Positions 41,156-57,065 of a DNA stretch of 64,000 nucleotides are shown here, one piece after another. Position 1 is the first letter of the stretch, and every line of letters begins with the position of its first letter. The translations under genes were made by a program, and so were the position numbers. Below the pieces are notes generated by a model. That model saw only the letters and a list, made by a program, of their open reading frames with translations, made no database searches and had not been told where the DNA came from. The DNA comes from the human T2T-CHM13v2.0 reference genome, Homo sapiens, in the NCBI RefSeq assembly GCF_009914755.1, contig NC_060930.1. One strand, 5' to 3'.

Positions 41156-44100
41156 TGTCCCCCTTCTTTGATTTGCAAAGTGATAAAAGCAAAGGCAGTT
41201 TTGTCACGGTGAGCTACTTCTTGCAGGAGTCAGGATCCGCATCTGCAGACTATACAAAAACAACATAGATTAAAAGCACAATCATCATCGAAATCACAGA
41301 GCTTCCAAGTGTTTTCATCCATTTTAATGGGTTGCTAGCTGCTTAACTGTCTGCAGCTCCTTTAAGCACTCCTTTTCCTGGCATTAAGGTCAGGTGTGCC
41401 TAGGATGCTTTATTTGTTCTTTTAATTTTGCAATATCCAAAAACAAGCTTGTAGAGTGTCCTTCTAGATGCTTTTTAAATTCCTTCCCAAATTTTGATCT
41501 AATTAAGAGCTATTAATAATTTCCACAAATCCTTATTTAAGCTCCTAGAGTGGGCCATATCATTTGAGGTTGAGGTGCCACTATACCGCCATGGTTCCAG
41601 ATGATAGGAACTCTTGCCATGTCTTATCATTTCTACCATCTGACCATTTTGTTCAGACCAGCTGAACATAGTGTGGCTGTGGCATGCAGACTGAGAGGTG
41701 CAATTCAAGCCAAACATCCCCTTAGGGGACCAATCAATAATGATTCCATAGGAAGCATTGTGCAGCACCTCTGCCTGTTCTGCAATGCAGTCTTCCTAAA
41801 CAAGTACATTCATTTTTTCTAACTGGGTCCAATCCTGTTTACAAATAGGTTTTTGAGGGCAGTATGCCTTAATTATAGGAGCAGATTTATTATGGTAAAT
41901 ACTGAGATCAGAAAGCATGTGTAAGTGTGTCATAGAGTGATTACATCCAGGCATTATTGCCAGCCAAGATTGATAAATATGCCCAATAAGTACAGTTGTT
42001 CTCTGTGTCAGCCCTTGTTGAAGGAATACTCATGGCAATGGTGATCACCGCTGTCATAGCTACCATTAAATTACTCACTGTGACTGGTTGTCCTGCTTTC
42101 CTCAGGTTTTCTTCTGCCAACTGTGACAGCTTCTTGATCTGTCCCCAAGTGGGTGGCTGTGTTTGATGGGTGTTGCTCGTGACAGTTGGGGTCCTCCTCA
42201 GCATCAGTCTCGAGATGGCTGCAACCAGGGGGTCCTCAGGATCCTCCTGGAATCTCTTCCTCAGCATCTGGCTCATGATAAGGTTTCAGGTATCTTGATG
42301 GTATCCAAATCAGCTCTTGATTTTGGCCTGGAGAAACACAAGCATAACCTCTACCCCAAGTTATTATTTTACCTATTTCCCAACCTTTTGTTATGCAAAG
42401 TGAGAAAAGGTGTGCACACATACATGTAACGTGTGACATCCATTTGCCAAAGATAATTAGGTTCCAATCCTCGAGGATTAACTCCTCCTGCAAAAGATGA
42501 GGAATGCACCATTTGGCAAGTTGGGCATCACTGGATCATAACTTTAGCTTCTTTCCAGGTAATGCTGTATCTGTGTTTCAGACCAGAGGCATTAACATGG
42601 GTTAAATTGTGAAAATGTCTAGCAGTAGATATTGCTTTAGCAACTAGGTGATCAGCCATTTGATTCCCTTCAGTCAAAGGTCCTGGAAGAGGTGTATGAG
42701 CCCTAATGTGAGTGATGTAAAAAGGGTGCATTCTACTCCTAACTGCTGTTTGCAACTGGGTAAATAAAGTCATTAGTGTCATCTGTTTGAAATTGTAACT
42801 GAGCATTTTCAACTAACTGTGTGGAATGAACCACGTATGAAGAATCAGAAATCATATTAATAGACATATTAAAAGCAGTCAATACCTCAATTACAGCTAC
42901 AAGCTCTGCTGTTAGAGCTGAAGTATAGGGTGTCTGGAAAACTTTAACTTTTGAGCCAGAATAAGAAGCTTTACCATTACTAGACCCATCTGTGAAACAA
43001 TGAAAATGCTTAGCAGGCTGCAAGTTGTTTACTGCAGGAATTATAAATGTAAACCATTCACAGTCTTGCTTAGCTAAAGTGATAGTAAAGAAACAGTCCT
43101 TTAAATCTGTGACAATTAAAGGCCAATTTTTTGGAATTATAGCAGGAGAAGGCAATCCAGGAGGCTGTAATGCTCCCATAGGTTGTATAACTGAATTGAT
43201 AGCTATTAAGTCAGTTAACATTCTCCATTTACCCGATTTTTTCTTAATTATGAAAACTGGAGAATTCCAAGGGGAAAATGCTGGCGCTATGTGCCCATTT
43301 TCTAATTGTTCAGTAACTAATTCCTCTGAAGCCTCCAGTTTCTCTTTACTTAGCGGCCATTGTTCTATCCAAATTGGCTTATCTGTTAAGCATTTTAAAG
43401 GTGTAGGTTCTGGAGGCTTAACAGTGGCCGCCATCAAAAATGATATCCTGCACCTTGGCGGGAACTTTGTCTTTACGCTTGAAGCGGTTCCTTCAAACCT
43501 TGCAATTTTTTTCCTAGTCCCATACCAGGGACATGCCCCATTTCATGCATCATATGTTGACTTTGAGGGCTATATAATTGTTCTGGAATTAGAACTTGTG
43601 CTCCCCATTGTTGTAATAAATCTCTTCCCCATAAATTTGTAGGTACAGAAGTTATAATTGGTTAAATAGTCCCAGGTTGTCCATCGGGCCTTCACAATGC
43701 AAAATATAACTACTTTGATATACTTCAGGGGCTTTACCAACTCCAACTATGTTAAATTGAGCGGGTGGAATTGGCCACGCAAACAGCCAGTGCTGTAGAG
43801 AAATGATTGAAATGTCTGCTCCTGTATCTACCAAACCTTTAAATTTCTTTCCCTGAATAGTTATTTCACAGGTAAGATGTTTATCAGTAATTTGATTTAC
43901 CCAATAAGCTTCTTTGCCTTGTTTATTTGTGCTTTCAAATCCTCCTGTTCGTTTAATTTAACTTTTCCGTATTTCTACATACGGCACAATCAGGAGCTGT
44001 GCTATAAGCTCTCCTGGCTCTGCTTTGCAGGGAACAGAAGTGGATATAACAATTTGAATTTCCACATTGTAATCTGAATCAATGACTCCTGTTTGTACTT

Positions 44101-44281
44101 GTATCCCTTTTAAATTTAAACTAGACCTTACTAGAAGTAATCCTATCATCCCTGCTGGCAATGGTCCACAGACTCCTGTTGGGAACTTTTGTGGGGGTTC
44201 CCCAGGCAGAAGGCTCACAGCATTTGTGCAGCATAAATCTACTGCAGCAGTACCAGCTGTGGCAGGGGACAAACATTGTAA
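41156..44281 (-). mobile_element. HERV-K(HML-3)/HERVK9 internal remnant: dUTPase-protease, deleted pol, env remnant; gag and 5' LTR absent
   Basis: dUTPase (SPATAGTAAVDL...GVIDSDY; 43958-44272), protease (LVDTGADISII; ~43834), RT ([22 protein letters not shown]), RNase H (FTDGSS, SDSSYV, HIRAHT), IN C-terminus ([10 protein letters not shown]), env leader (PPTWGQIKKL). Frameshifted. Confidence 0.92.
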
Positions 44282-44769
44282 ATCCCATGAAGTATATGGG
44301 GTATTAGTGCATTCATTTAGAGCTGAGGGCTCTTAGGTGGAAGATGTTAATAAACTGTCCAGGTCCCATGGTTCAGCAGAGCATTTTCCATTGCTGGGGC
44401 CCTTAGGGATCTCCAGGATTTATCCCAGAGTGCCCATAATGGACAGTACAAAACTGGGAAGAGTTTCCAAGAAAGCAAATACCCCATCATCCACCACAAA
44501 ACACACTCTCAGCTTATTCATCAATGTGGCACTGGGGTCCTTAATGTGTGGCAGGCAGAGGTAATGACAGTGAGCAAATAGCCCAGGGATTACTTGAGCT
44601 AAAAGCAACAAAGGAACCAAACGCTTCGACTTTCTGACCAAACTCAGTTCCCAACTGAAGCTGGTCTCATGCAAGTGTGCTGGCCTGAGTGATCTCACAT
44701 CCTGTGAAGGCTCTGCCAAGGAGGGATGGTGGCTAGGGTCAGGCCTCCTTAAGAGGGGTCCCGGATCCT

Positions 44770-45175
44770 ACCAGAGGCTAAGGTGGGAGGATCGCTTGAG
44801 CCCAGAAGTTTCAGAGCAGCCTGGACAACATGGAGAGACCCTGTCTCTGCAGAAAAAAAATTAGCAGAGCATGGTGGCAGGAGCGTTTAATCCCAGCTAC
44901 TCAAGAAGCAGAAGTGGGAGGATTGCCTGAGCACAGAAGTACCAACCTGCAGTGAGCTATGATTGTACCCTGACACTCCAGCCTGGGCAAGAGAGTGAGA
45001 ACCTGTCTCAAATAAAGAAAGGAAGAAAGGAAGAAAGGAAGGAAGAAAGGAAGAAAGGAAAGAAGGAAGGAAGGAAAAGGAAAAGGAAAGGGAAGAAAAA
45101 GGAAGGGAAGCAAAGGGAGGAAGGAAGGAAGGAAGGAGAAAGAAAGACAAACAGAGAAAAGAAAGAAAAGAAAGA
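44770..45175 (+). mobile_element. Diverged Alu with GGAA/GAAA purine-rich tail (~45014-45175)
   Basis: AluJ-like body, then aagaaaggaagaaaggaagaaaggaaggaag... Confidence 0.82.
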
Positions 45176-45284
45176 GGTGCTTTGGAGAAACCCACAGAAG
45201 ACTTTTACACTTTAGTTGTGTTTTGAATACTTAAATCCAACATACAAAGGAATAGAAATTATATTCTTCACAATTATGATTTTT

Positions 45285-45597
45285 CTTTTCTTTCTCCCTT
45301 TTTTTTTTTTTTTGAGACAGAGTCTTGCTTCTTCGCCGAAACTGGAGTGCATTGGTGCGACCTTGGCTCACTGCAACTTCTGCCTCCTGGTTTCAAGTAA
45401 TTCTCCTACCTCAGCTTCCCCAGTAGCTGGGATTAAAGGCATGTGCCACCACACCCGGCAAATTTTTGTATTTTTAGTACAGACAGGGTTTCTTCATGTT
45501 GGTCAGGCTGGTCTCGAACTCCCAACCTCAGGTGATCCGCCTGCCTCGGCCTCCCAAAGTGCTGGGATTTAAAGGCATGAGCCACCGTGCCCGGCCA
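45285..45597 (-). mobile_element. Alu (AluS-like)
   Basis: Reverse-complement Alu. Confidence 0.9.
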
Positions 45598-46022
45598 GGT
45601 CTCAGATTTTTTAGAAAGTTTATTTTGCCAAGTTGGAGGATGCGTGCCTGTGATGCATCCTCAGGAGGTCCTGACAACATGTGCCCAAGGTGGTTGGGGC
45701 ACAGCTTGGTTTTATATATTCTAGGGTGACATGAGACATCAATCAATATGTGAAAGATGTACGTTGGTTCAGTCCAGAAAGGTGAGACAACTTGAAGAGA
45801 AGGCCAAACAGGGGGCTTCCAGGTCTTAGGTAGAAAAGAGACCAATGGTTTCATTCTTTTGAGCTGCTGATTACCCTCTCCAAATGAGGCAATCAGATAT
45901 GCATTTATGAGCAGACAGGTGGCTTTGGATAGAATGGGAGGCAGGTTTGCCCTCAGCAGTTCCCAGCTTGACTTTTCCCTTTAGCTTAGTGATTTTGGGT
46001 CCCCAAGATTGATTTTTCTTTT
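45598..46022 (-). mobile_element. MER4A-type LTR
   Basis: Colinear with 35020-35455 (ctcaggaggtcctgac, gcagttcccagcttgacttttccc). Confidence 0.78.
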
Positions 46023-46899
46023 GTAAGGTCTAACATGGTTTCCTATGAGCATTAATTATTCATTGTGTATTTTATTACAAAAATAAGGCACAGATTTTTA
46101 AAAAAACATCAATTTCATGACTAGTTATATACACATAATTACACTGAAGTTCAACTAAATTTGGAAACATTCCAGAGTTTGGGTTTCTAATAATTCTTTG
46201 TGATTCTTTAAAAGCTAAAATATTTTAACAAAGCAACATCTAAAATCACCTGTAGAATGTCCTGCCATTTTTGTTTCTCTAGTTTCCTCATTTTCTGCAA
46301 AGCCTCGCTGAGGAAATTGACTCTGAATATCCTTTTACACTCTTCTGTTTTAGAAAGCATTGTGGTGAAACATTGAATCATAATGGTCACAAGTTCTGTT
46401 CACATTCTTTCTTTCTTTGAATATTTTTTCCCAGTGGCCAATATTTGATTCTGTTGTATTATGGGTAAAAGGTAGGCATGAGAACAAAATAAAGACAAGA
46501 GGTCTTTTGAATAAGTGATCCAGTCACAATGAATCAATTTGCCATTGGAACATATTTTTACGTCACTCTTCTGAAAATATTTAGCCATGAATTGAAAGAG
46601 AGTCTGTAAGATTATTTTTTTCCTGTTCTAAGGTGAACAGCATTTTAGAGAATGAACCACAACCACAGCACAAGAAAAAAATCTGATAAATAAGTTTACA
46701 CATATGTGTTACTACTGTAACATAAAACATGTAAAGAGCATTTGTTTTGATTTATATATCAGTCTGTATTGTTTAATTTTTTGTGTCATAAATGCTCTTA
46801 TTTAAAAGACAGGACTATTTAACAGTGTAAATTACTAGTAATTCATGGTATAAATAATTAAACAAGGAAGTGTTCAAAAATATAACAATGTTTTAAATA

Positions 46900-47338
46900 A
46901 GCCCATTTTGTGCTTCTGTAACAGAATACCTGAGGCTGGGTAATTTATAAGTAAAAAACGTTCATTTGGTTCACAATACTGGTGGTTGGAATGTCTGAGA
47001 TTGGGCAGAGGCATCTGGTGGGGCCTCAGTCTTTTTCACCTCATGGTGGAAAGTGGAAGGGGAGCAAGGGAGTGCACCAGAGATCACATAGCAAGAGCAA
47101 AAGCAACAGTGAAGCCAAGGAAGTCAGACTCTTTTTAACTACCTACTCTTGCAGGAATTAATCCATTCCTGTGAGAGCAGAACTCACTCACCTCTGTGGA
47201 GGACAATAATCTATTCATGAAGGATCCATCCCATGACCCAAACACCTTCCACTAGGCCCCACCTCCCCACACTGCCACATTGGGGGTCAAATTTCAACAT
47301 GAGATTTTGCAGGGACAAACCACATCGAAACCTTAGTA
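46900..47338 (-). mobile_element. MaLR LTR (MST-like)
   Basis: ctgggtaatttataag..., cttccactaggccccacctcc..., tttcaacatgagattt... Confidence 0.8.
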
Positions 47339-47970
47339 ATTTGTAGCATAGTTAAATTCTTTTTCACATGATGTATTCTGTGCTGGGATACTCCACATCC
47401 TGAATATTTTAATTTAATTTGAATAGAGTTTGATTTACCCATTTTGCTGTAAAATTCCGTGTGTTTTGACAAATGCATAGTTGCAGGTATCCATTATTAA
47501 AGAATCATATGGAATGCTTCAAATCCCCACCCCATGCAGCCAATGGCATTCCCATCTGTGCAGTTTGCCTTCTCCAGAATCTCATTAAATGAGGTCACAC
47601 TGTGTGTGTTCTCCTCAGACTGTCTTCTTCCACTCAGTAATGTGCATGCAAGATTCACTCATGTCTTTGTGTGAGTTGATAGCTTGTTCCTTTCTATGGC
47701 TAAATAGTATTCCATTGCATGAATGTACCACAATTTGGTTATGCATTTTAGGGAGCAAAACCTTCCTCTTCTAACTTTGTTCCAGGGTTGGAGACCTTCA
47801 AATTAACTGACAATAGATACATTAGTAGGAGAGGCAATACTTGGCTTCTTATTCCACAAGTATCATTGTGGGACAAAATTCATCAGATGGCAGGATCTAG
47901 TTTACAAAGAGGTGAAAATAGCCCAAAACGAGAAACAAGACTAGAATCTGATAACCCACAAGGGCTATAG

Positions 47971-48207
<237 letters not shown>

Positions 48208-50599
48208 TAGGCTTATGCCACCATGCACGGCTGAGTTATAGTTTTCCATTGAAACATAAAATTTCTCTCTGTGGTAACCATCATTTTTGATCATAGATAA
48301 TCAATGTGAGATTATTCTTGTTTTAAAAATAAGTCTAGTTTCGTTAGATTTTGCCTGAGTATTTATGTAAGTGCAGCAAGAACAGGAGGTGACCACGTAG
48401 GTGCTTTCAAGCTTCTTCGCTGGAAGTTTTCATACAGAATCTCAGATTGGACTTTTAAAGGCCTTATTGAGGCTAAAAGCCAAGCCAAGAACATACTTTC
48501 AAATTTCAGCTGCAGTCATTGTAGCTTTATGTGAATTCCTCTCTTCTTGACGCCCCCAAAATATCCCCAAATTCCTGGGCCTAGCAGGAAATTACCTTCT
48601 TTACTAACCTGTAAGGCTGTGAACCGTGTAATGTAGGTACCAGGCTGGCTTTTCTCAAAGTGCTTTGTAAGCATTGGCTTCATAAAAGTCAGCCTTAGTT
48701 CCTTAAAATTGCTGGTCATAACTGATCTCAGGTATACTATTCCTAAATATGATATTCCAGTAAAAGCCTGATAATATAATCAAAGTTTCCAATTATGTCT
48801 TGCTATAAGGTGAACAGATGCTTATTGGACTTCTGCTAACAACTATATTGTCATGAAAATAAGAGTATTCAGTAAGATTTTCAAAATTCTGGAGAAATCA
48901 GGCAGGGAAAAAAAGATTTTTTTTTTTCCCCACCCAGCCTCATTTCTGTTTACAAAAGTATAATCTACTAAATTTTTGTGAGTTATAGTTAGCTTAAGAG
49001 AAAGAGATTTCTTAAATCCAGAAACTAGAACATTAAAGAACCAGCAGTACTCCAAAAAAGCTATAAAATTATAATCAATTTTCATCACTTCATTCAGTGC
49101 CATGTAATCAATTCCAGTCTTGCTGGATCTTGGGTTAGCAGTGTCACGAACCCATCGATTTCTCAACCAGACTTCTGGAGATCTTCACTGAGTCAAGTGT
49201 ATGGTCTTAAAGTTATTTAAGCAATATCATCAGAAGCCTACAACCAGAGTACCTGTCATAGGCTTTTTCGTGAGTCTCAGAGCGAGTCCTGTGTTGGAGA
49301 CAAACATTCTGACCTGTAGCTGATTGCAGGAGCTTTCAGGAAAGTATCAGGGGGAAATAGTATCTAAATGCCAAAGAGTATGAAATGGCTGTGATGAAAG
49401 GTCAGATGAGAGTTCATTATACCACAACTGACAAGGATATTCGATTTTTTTGGTGGCATACAACGTTTAAAATAATAATTGAAATTATGACTCAAAACAG
49501 TATACCGGCACATAGCATGGATAAGGAGGACATTGACAAATTTCCAGTAATTTTATACAATTTCTGAAAACATAACATTTTATCCATACAAATATAACCC
49601 AGGGAAGGTTAGGTATCTCTTTTTATTTTATATTTTGTATGGTTTTTCTTATAAAAAATACATCCTACTTTACCTGCAAAACATGCCCTGCTTTTTGCAT
49701 ACTTTTCATAGAGTTGCTTCTAGTTTTTAATACTTAGTAATCTCTATTTTCCAGAGAAACTAGGAAGAAGACAATTTTAAACTGTCATACATTAGCATTC
49801 TATAGTAGATTAGAAAATGTATGAGTATACCATCTCCCAACATCTAGAGGGATGTGTTTCCTCATTGTACAATTTCTCAGTGTGGTAGACAAAAATACGT
49901 TTATTAACGGGCCAAAATATCTTTACTCTCTCTGTAAAAACAAGAAGCCAAAAGTATATAAACTTGAATTACTTATGTTCAGTAATTAATGTTTTAGTAT
50001 CGTATCTTATTTAAAATGATCTAGATATTGAATGCAAATCTTTTACTTAGCTTAACTTTAAGGTTAAAAATTACCAAAAGTATTTTGGAAACTATTATTA
50101 GGCAGATTTACTGTAAAAAATTATTATTGAAATAATGCTTTTAATAAGAATGACAATTAGAATCAAATCTATAAGCTTTAAGATTTTAAGGATCTAGTAA
50201 GTATAATATTAGCTTATTTGAGTAGAACTCAAGCAGAATAGAAATTTGTTTTATATTTAATAGTGATAACTCTGAAGACATAGTTGTTTTATTACACCAA
50301 AAATATAAAATTACTCTTATTTAACTAAGTTTTATCGAAATTGTGTTAACTTGAAAAACATTTGGATCAGTTCCTATATTTATTGGAGTTTGGGGAATAT
50401 TTATTTATAAATGCTTGGTTTTTTTTCCAAGCCAAGTTAGAATAGAGCACTTTTAGAAGATTTTATAAGTGAATTTTGCAATGCTCTCTGGAGTGAAGAA
50501 AAATCACATATACATAACATACATTAATATACATACAAACACAAATAGAGGTCTCATAGCTTTCATCCTGAAATATTAGCCATGAATCAGGCATAAATA

Positions 50600-51758
<1,159 letters not shown>

Positions 51759-52941
51759 GTGGTTACAATAACACAAAATTCACTAGTTTATATGGAAGAC
51801 TTAGTTTTTGCCTTTGCCCCATTTTATATTTGTATTATAACTGTTTCTGGAAAATGGAACAAGTTTTCGTCTTCTTCATATGAGGGCTAAAGCTTTTTTC
51901 TCACTAATATTTTTGGAGATTTTTAAGATTTTCTTTTGTCTTGACATACAATCTTATGAAGGCTGAGAATTAAAATTATTTTTCTATTTTATTTTTCAGG
52001 CTCAAGTGTTTGCTTTTGTAGATTCTTGAGCACGTTGAGAGCCTCCAAGGCTTGGAGGGGGGTGCCTAAAGTTTCAGTGATTATAGGGAGTTGAGAGACT
52101 CAACTGGGAAAGGAAACGTCTAAACAGAGGCAATTTGAGAGATAAAAGTTTTCTCAAAGGAGCCATTAAAGTTCTAAATAATTCTTAGTAAAGTCATGCA
52201 AACAGGAAAGGAAGTAGACAGGATTAGTTCCTTATTGGTGGAACACATAGTCAGCGGAGGTTTGGGAAGGGAGATTTTAGTCAACTGAGAAGTTCCCATG
52301 AAAGGAGCAAGATCAAGATCTGATGGAAGGGGAAGAGACACCATGAAACAAAATCCAGGAATAAGTTCCAACCCAAGAGGAGAACAGAGAGGCCTCAAAA
52401 CCAAAGCTAGGATAAGAAACTTCTAGCCTGAGAGTTACCTTCTAGACAAAGAAGACTGAGATTCCAACCCAGCTTCAGAGAGTACTCACATTTTGATGTT
52501 ACTCAAACTTTAGGCTTTTTAATGACTTAGCCATGCATGCAAAAGGCATTCCCTAAGGTGGCACAGAAGACGGAGCCCCTATATCCAAAGATAGCCAAGG
52601 AGAAAGAAAGACCCCTGTTGCCAGAGCCAGTGGATAAAGGCAACAGAAAAAGAGACAAGGGTCCTTATGTGATGAGACCTTTTCAGATTTAGGCTTATAT
52701 AAACTCCTGAGAACTGGGAGGATGAGAGCCACAGATGGGGTACCAACATTTCTACTCATTTGATTACAAGTTCTCGGGCATCCAAAATGATTAACAAAAT
52801 GACAATTTCTAGGGCTTCTGTGGGATAGTATGGAAGGTCTTTTTGAACGTTTTAATGCTGTCAACTGAAGAGTGATGAAGTTCATATATTTGGAAAGGAA
52901 AGATTTCTTTATTTTTATGTTTCTTTATTCTTTTTTTTTGA

Positions 52942-53221
<280 letters not shown>

Positions 53222-54859
53222 TGAGAGATTTATTTCCTATAAAGGGTTACAGCCTGCAGGGTAGTTCTTCTGACAGGCTAGGAAGTATAGCCTCCAGCCA
53301 GAAGCCAGAAACAGACATTTTCAAATGTGAGTTAAAGGAAACAGTAATTTATGCTGAGTGGCATGGCCAAATACACATATTTAATAAGCTCTAGGAGGAG
53401 TCATGAATATTTATGAAAGGAGAAATGCGTGCATGCGCAATTGAGTGTCTTGCTCCTTCATGGGTCCCATGTACAAAAATTGGCAGTGTTAGCATGATCC
53501 CAGGATGGAGTTTTCAGCCCCCTAACACTAAAAGGTGAAGCAGAGGGCATGAAAACTCACTCTGTGCATCCTCTGTACGCTGGCCAGAACCTCTCCATCA
53601 TGGGTGGTCTCTTATCAGGCAAGAAAGGAGAGGCGGCTTCAGGCAGTTGGTTGATATCAGTGGTGGAGTCTTTTTCAAGGGCTGGTTTCTGTTAAATCCT
53701 TAGGGAAGAAAGCCTCATCATGGTTAGCAAAGGAGAGGGTATAACAAGGTGTATCTGACTCCCATCATCCCATGCTGGCCAAGCTGAGAACTCAGTTTTG
53801 AAAGTTACTCTTGGGTCCCCTCAGCCAAGAGTGGGTCTGTTCAGTCAGTTGGGAGCTTAGGATTTCATTTTCATTTATCATTGCTAATGGGAAAGGGTAC
53901 GCTGTCTCCATGGCAGCTGAATTCGCAAGAAACTCCTTGGATGGGGTTAATGGCAGCTGTATTTTTCTGTGACCTTGGCTTTAATTGGATAAAGTAAGTT
54001 CTGGTAAGATTTCTTCCTTTATCTTCAGTATCTCAAATGTTTTCATTTAAATAATCTTTATAACAACTTTTGATGTCTGAGTGGAGTCCCACACAGTCAT
54101 CTATTGTAAGACTTTCTGATTCCTTTTTTTTCCTTTGGTCATTATGAATAGGGCTTCTGTAAATAATTGCATGGTAGCTTTTGTTTGGAAATAACATCAA
54201 AGTAGTTGTCAAAATACTTAGGAATGTGATTTTTGGATTGTAAGGTGAGACTTGTTTAGCTTTAGAAAAAACTGCCCAACTTGTAATGGGGAGGAAAAAA
54301 ATTTTCTATGTTTTTGGAATTCTTAGATGGGACCCTCTGTAAAAACTGACAGATTAAAATGAGAAAAACAGAAAAGTTTAAAAACACGTATACCTTATGG
54401 ATACATGGGAGATACTCAGGGAAAAATGAGTAAATCTCCAACAGGTGGCTTTCAGTTCAAGCATAAATACTATCTTCAACTTAAAGAAAGAAGATTTGAG
54501 GTGCAGTGGTGAGTGGGGAGTTAACCAGCAAAAGCACATTAGACAAGGGTAAGGTTTGTTATACAGACTTAAGTCCACGCATTCTCCATTGATAAGACTC
54601 TTTAGTGATTTAGTTATCCTTCTCTTCTTGTTGTCGAGAGAGGTAGCTTTTAAATGGTGATTTCCTTTATAGATGTAAATTTTCCTTACACAAGTGTAAC
54701 TTCTACTCTGTTTTCACAACTTCGTTAGCATTTTTTTTTTTCAAAATAATCAGCTTGGAATAATTCTTAAGCCAAAGGGACATATTTTGTGGTGGCATAT
54801 TCTGGTTTCCTACCATTATATTTTGGGGTGGCATATTTTGGTCTTATACACTGTGTTCC

Positions 54860-55460
54860 ACCGGCAATGAAAAGAGTTCTTGTTTTTCCTCCAGCAATTT
54901 GTCATTTTGTAGTTTAGCAGTTCTAAGAGCTATACACCAGCTGTGCTATCTCACTGTGGTTTTCGGTTCTCTAGTATGTTGAGCATCTTTTTGTATGTTT
55001 ACTTGCCATCTGTAGATCTTCTTTGGTGAGGTTCTGTTCAGATCTGTGTGCATTTTCAATTGGGTTGTTTAACTTATTGTTTAGTTTTAAGATTTTTTTA
55101 TATATTTTGAATACAAATTCTTTCTCAGATCTGTATTTTGCAAATATTTTCTTCAATATGTGGCTTGTCTTTTTGTTCTCTTAACAAGGTCTCTTCCAGA
55201 GTATAAACTTTAAATATTAAGAAATCCACATTGTCATTTCTTCTGTGTATATCAACCTTTTGTGTCATTTGTTAAAATTCATTACCAAACCCAAAGGCAC
55301 ATAGCTTTTCTTCTATAGTTTCTTCTAGAAATGGTACAGTTTTGCATTTTTAGTGTAAGGATGATTTTGAGTGATTATTTGTGTAAGTTGTAAAGTTTTC
55401 ATCTACACACATATCATTTCTTATGGTTTCCAATTAACTGTTCCCTATTTCTGGGAAAGA
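54860..55460 (-). mobile_element. L1M 3' fragment
   Basis: ORF2 C-terminal-like peptide KKIFAKYRSEKEFVFKIYK...KHTKRCST on the - strand. Confidence 0.75.
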
Positions 55461-55883
55461 CACAGGATAGTGGGCTCTGTTAGAGTAGATAGATAGCTAG
55501 ACATGAACAGGAGGGGGAAGCTCCTGGAAAAGGGAAAGTCTGGGAAGCCTCACCTGGAGGTACCACCAAAAATTCACATATTAGTAGCATCTCTAGTGCT
55601 GGAGTGGATGGGCACTTGTCAATTGTGGGTAGGTGGGAGAAGAGGTACCTATGCAGAAAGAAACACCCTAGAATTCCTCTTAAGATGCCCCAATCATCAT
55701 TCATTCTGCAATAAAAATGTCATACATCTACTCTACTGCACCCAGCCCTCTTCTGCAATTTCAATAATCAATTGTGCTATTTGCCTTTCTTTCAGCAATG
55801 AGATTTTATTTTTCTTTCCTAATTATTTCAAACATGAACTTTGGTTCCAGAGAACTAGTATTTCCTTGATTTATAAATTGAGG

Positions 55884-56209
<326 letters not shown>

Positions 56210-56760
56210 CTAATAATGAATTATTTTTTTGTCTTTAGAAAATCAACATTAACTTTTCTACTTTTAGATATCGTAACTGCTGTGACTTGAAGGACTTATC
56301 TAGAAAAAGCCTTAAAAAACTACGGTCAGCACTGGGTGAATGGGTTGGGGGAACCCACATAAAATCCCCAAGACACCTGGGAGTCCATGTCCCCATGAGT
56401 GGGACTGCAGGCAGCTGTAGCAGACTGGATGGGAGAGGGCAGCAGGCAGGAGAACTCGGGGTCTGGAGTCCACGGTTCTAAGGCCAGGGAAAACCACTGG
56501 CAAAGTGAAATGCGGAGCTTGACAGGATGAAATTTGTGATTGTAAATGAATATTTGCCATTTCCAAGTGAGATCGCCAGTGGTGGTGGGATGGATGGGTG
56601 CCCCTCCAAGTGGGCTGCAGTGAGGAGAGCGTGGCACCAGGCCAGGATGCTCCTGCCAGGAACACAGGATCTGCACACGTTTAGGAGGAAACGCTGGGCA
56701 GACCCAGCTTGGAGTCATCTCTGCTCTTTACATCTGTTAAGGCTGTGAAAACTGAGAGTC

Positions 56761-57065
<305 letters not shown>

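Noticed and set aside
43025-43642. 205-aa + strand ORF
   Set aside because: Antisense shadow of the HML-3 pol frame.
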